In this document: piece by piece, positions 42,283-42,693 of the stretch
Layout: each line of letters starts with the position of its first letter
Position numbering within the stretch: position 1 is the stretch's first letter
NCBI GenBank assembly: GCA_028869725.1
Contig: JAGWRJ010000361.1
Coordinates: 1 to 42,693, forward strand
DNA: 42,693 bases
Reading direction: 5' to 3'
Source of the DNA: Alphaproteobacteria bacterium
Lineage (GTDB): Bacteria; Pseudomonadota; Alphaproteobacteria; Micropepsales; Micropepsaceae
Notes under the pieces: model-generated
The model's input: only the letters and a program-made list of their open reading frames with translations
The model's database searches: none
What the model was told of the DNA's origin: nothing
Program-made: the position numbers and the translations under genes

Positions 42283-42693
42283 TCAACCGGTGCGACGGAA
42301 TGGAATCACCGGAGCGGGCGATGGTGATTGTGATGGTTTGGTCCCGTCCTCGCGCACCGCGCGCGGCTCGCCAAAAAGGTAACCCTGGGCGAAATCCACG
42401 CTGAAATCGAGGAGTTGGACCACCGTCTTCTCGTCTTCCACACGTTCGGCGATGAGATCAAGGCCATGGCGGGCCAGGAGATTCTTGAAATCCTCAGCCG
42501 CCACTTGAGCCTGTGCGCCCTGCATGCCCCCCATCAGGGTCGATGCACGGACCTTGATATAGCGGAATCCGATCTTCTTGAGACGGGCGAAATCCAGATC
42601 GAGCGAACTGGTGTGGTCCATGGACAGGTTGAACCCCAGCCCTGCGAGATAGGTCAGGTTTTCATCGCCCCGCGGACCGGCCTTTGCCAGCGC
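42283..42693 (-). CDS. C-terminal part of degenerate EAL-domain protein, TipF-like (partial)
   Basis: Frame is open to the window edge. SMDH replaces DDFG; IKV, AERVE, QGYLFGEPR present. Usual position upstream of HAD-maoC-ribF. Confidence 0.72.
   Translation of the reverse strand, partial: ALAKAGPRGDENLTYLAGLGFNLSMDHTSSLDLDFARLKKIGFRYIKVRASTLMGGMQGAQAQVAAEDFKNLLARHGLDLIAERVEDEKTVVQLLDFSVDFAQGYLFGEPRAVREDGTKPSQSPSPAPVIPFRRTG

Overview
GC-rich alphaproteobacterial chromosomal segment. The taxonomic call is inferred from the waaA-lpxK, xseA-DUF2093-M23, tipF-HAD-maoC-ribF-ileS-lspA-DUF3035-M16 and tesA/ybbAP neighbourhoods. The window is densely packed with about 43 mostly housekeeping or metabolic genes: lipid A synthesis, xseA, purD, an LvaA/LvaC-like kinase and acyl-CoA dehydrogenase flanking an orphan PAS histidine kinase, a divergent cluster of glutathione-dependent enzymes, tadA, a pseudouridine synthase, TPP riboswitch-thiC, acs, murJ, tesA-ybbAP, ileS-lspA and ribF. 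I see no rRNA, tRNA, CRISPR array, transposase, integrase or prophage gene, and no unambiguous novel system. The best leads are: (1) an exported M16 protease homologue that has lost all three zinc ligands and has no adjacent partner subunit; (2) an IleRS with a non-canonical HSGT signature; (3) a divergent MurJ translationally coupled between tesA and thpR; (4) a three-GST/MFS/MBL divergon with a candidate operator; (5) a Tat-signal M23 peptidase with NxH instead of HxH. All protein calls come from motif recognition by eye, not from database searches.
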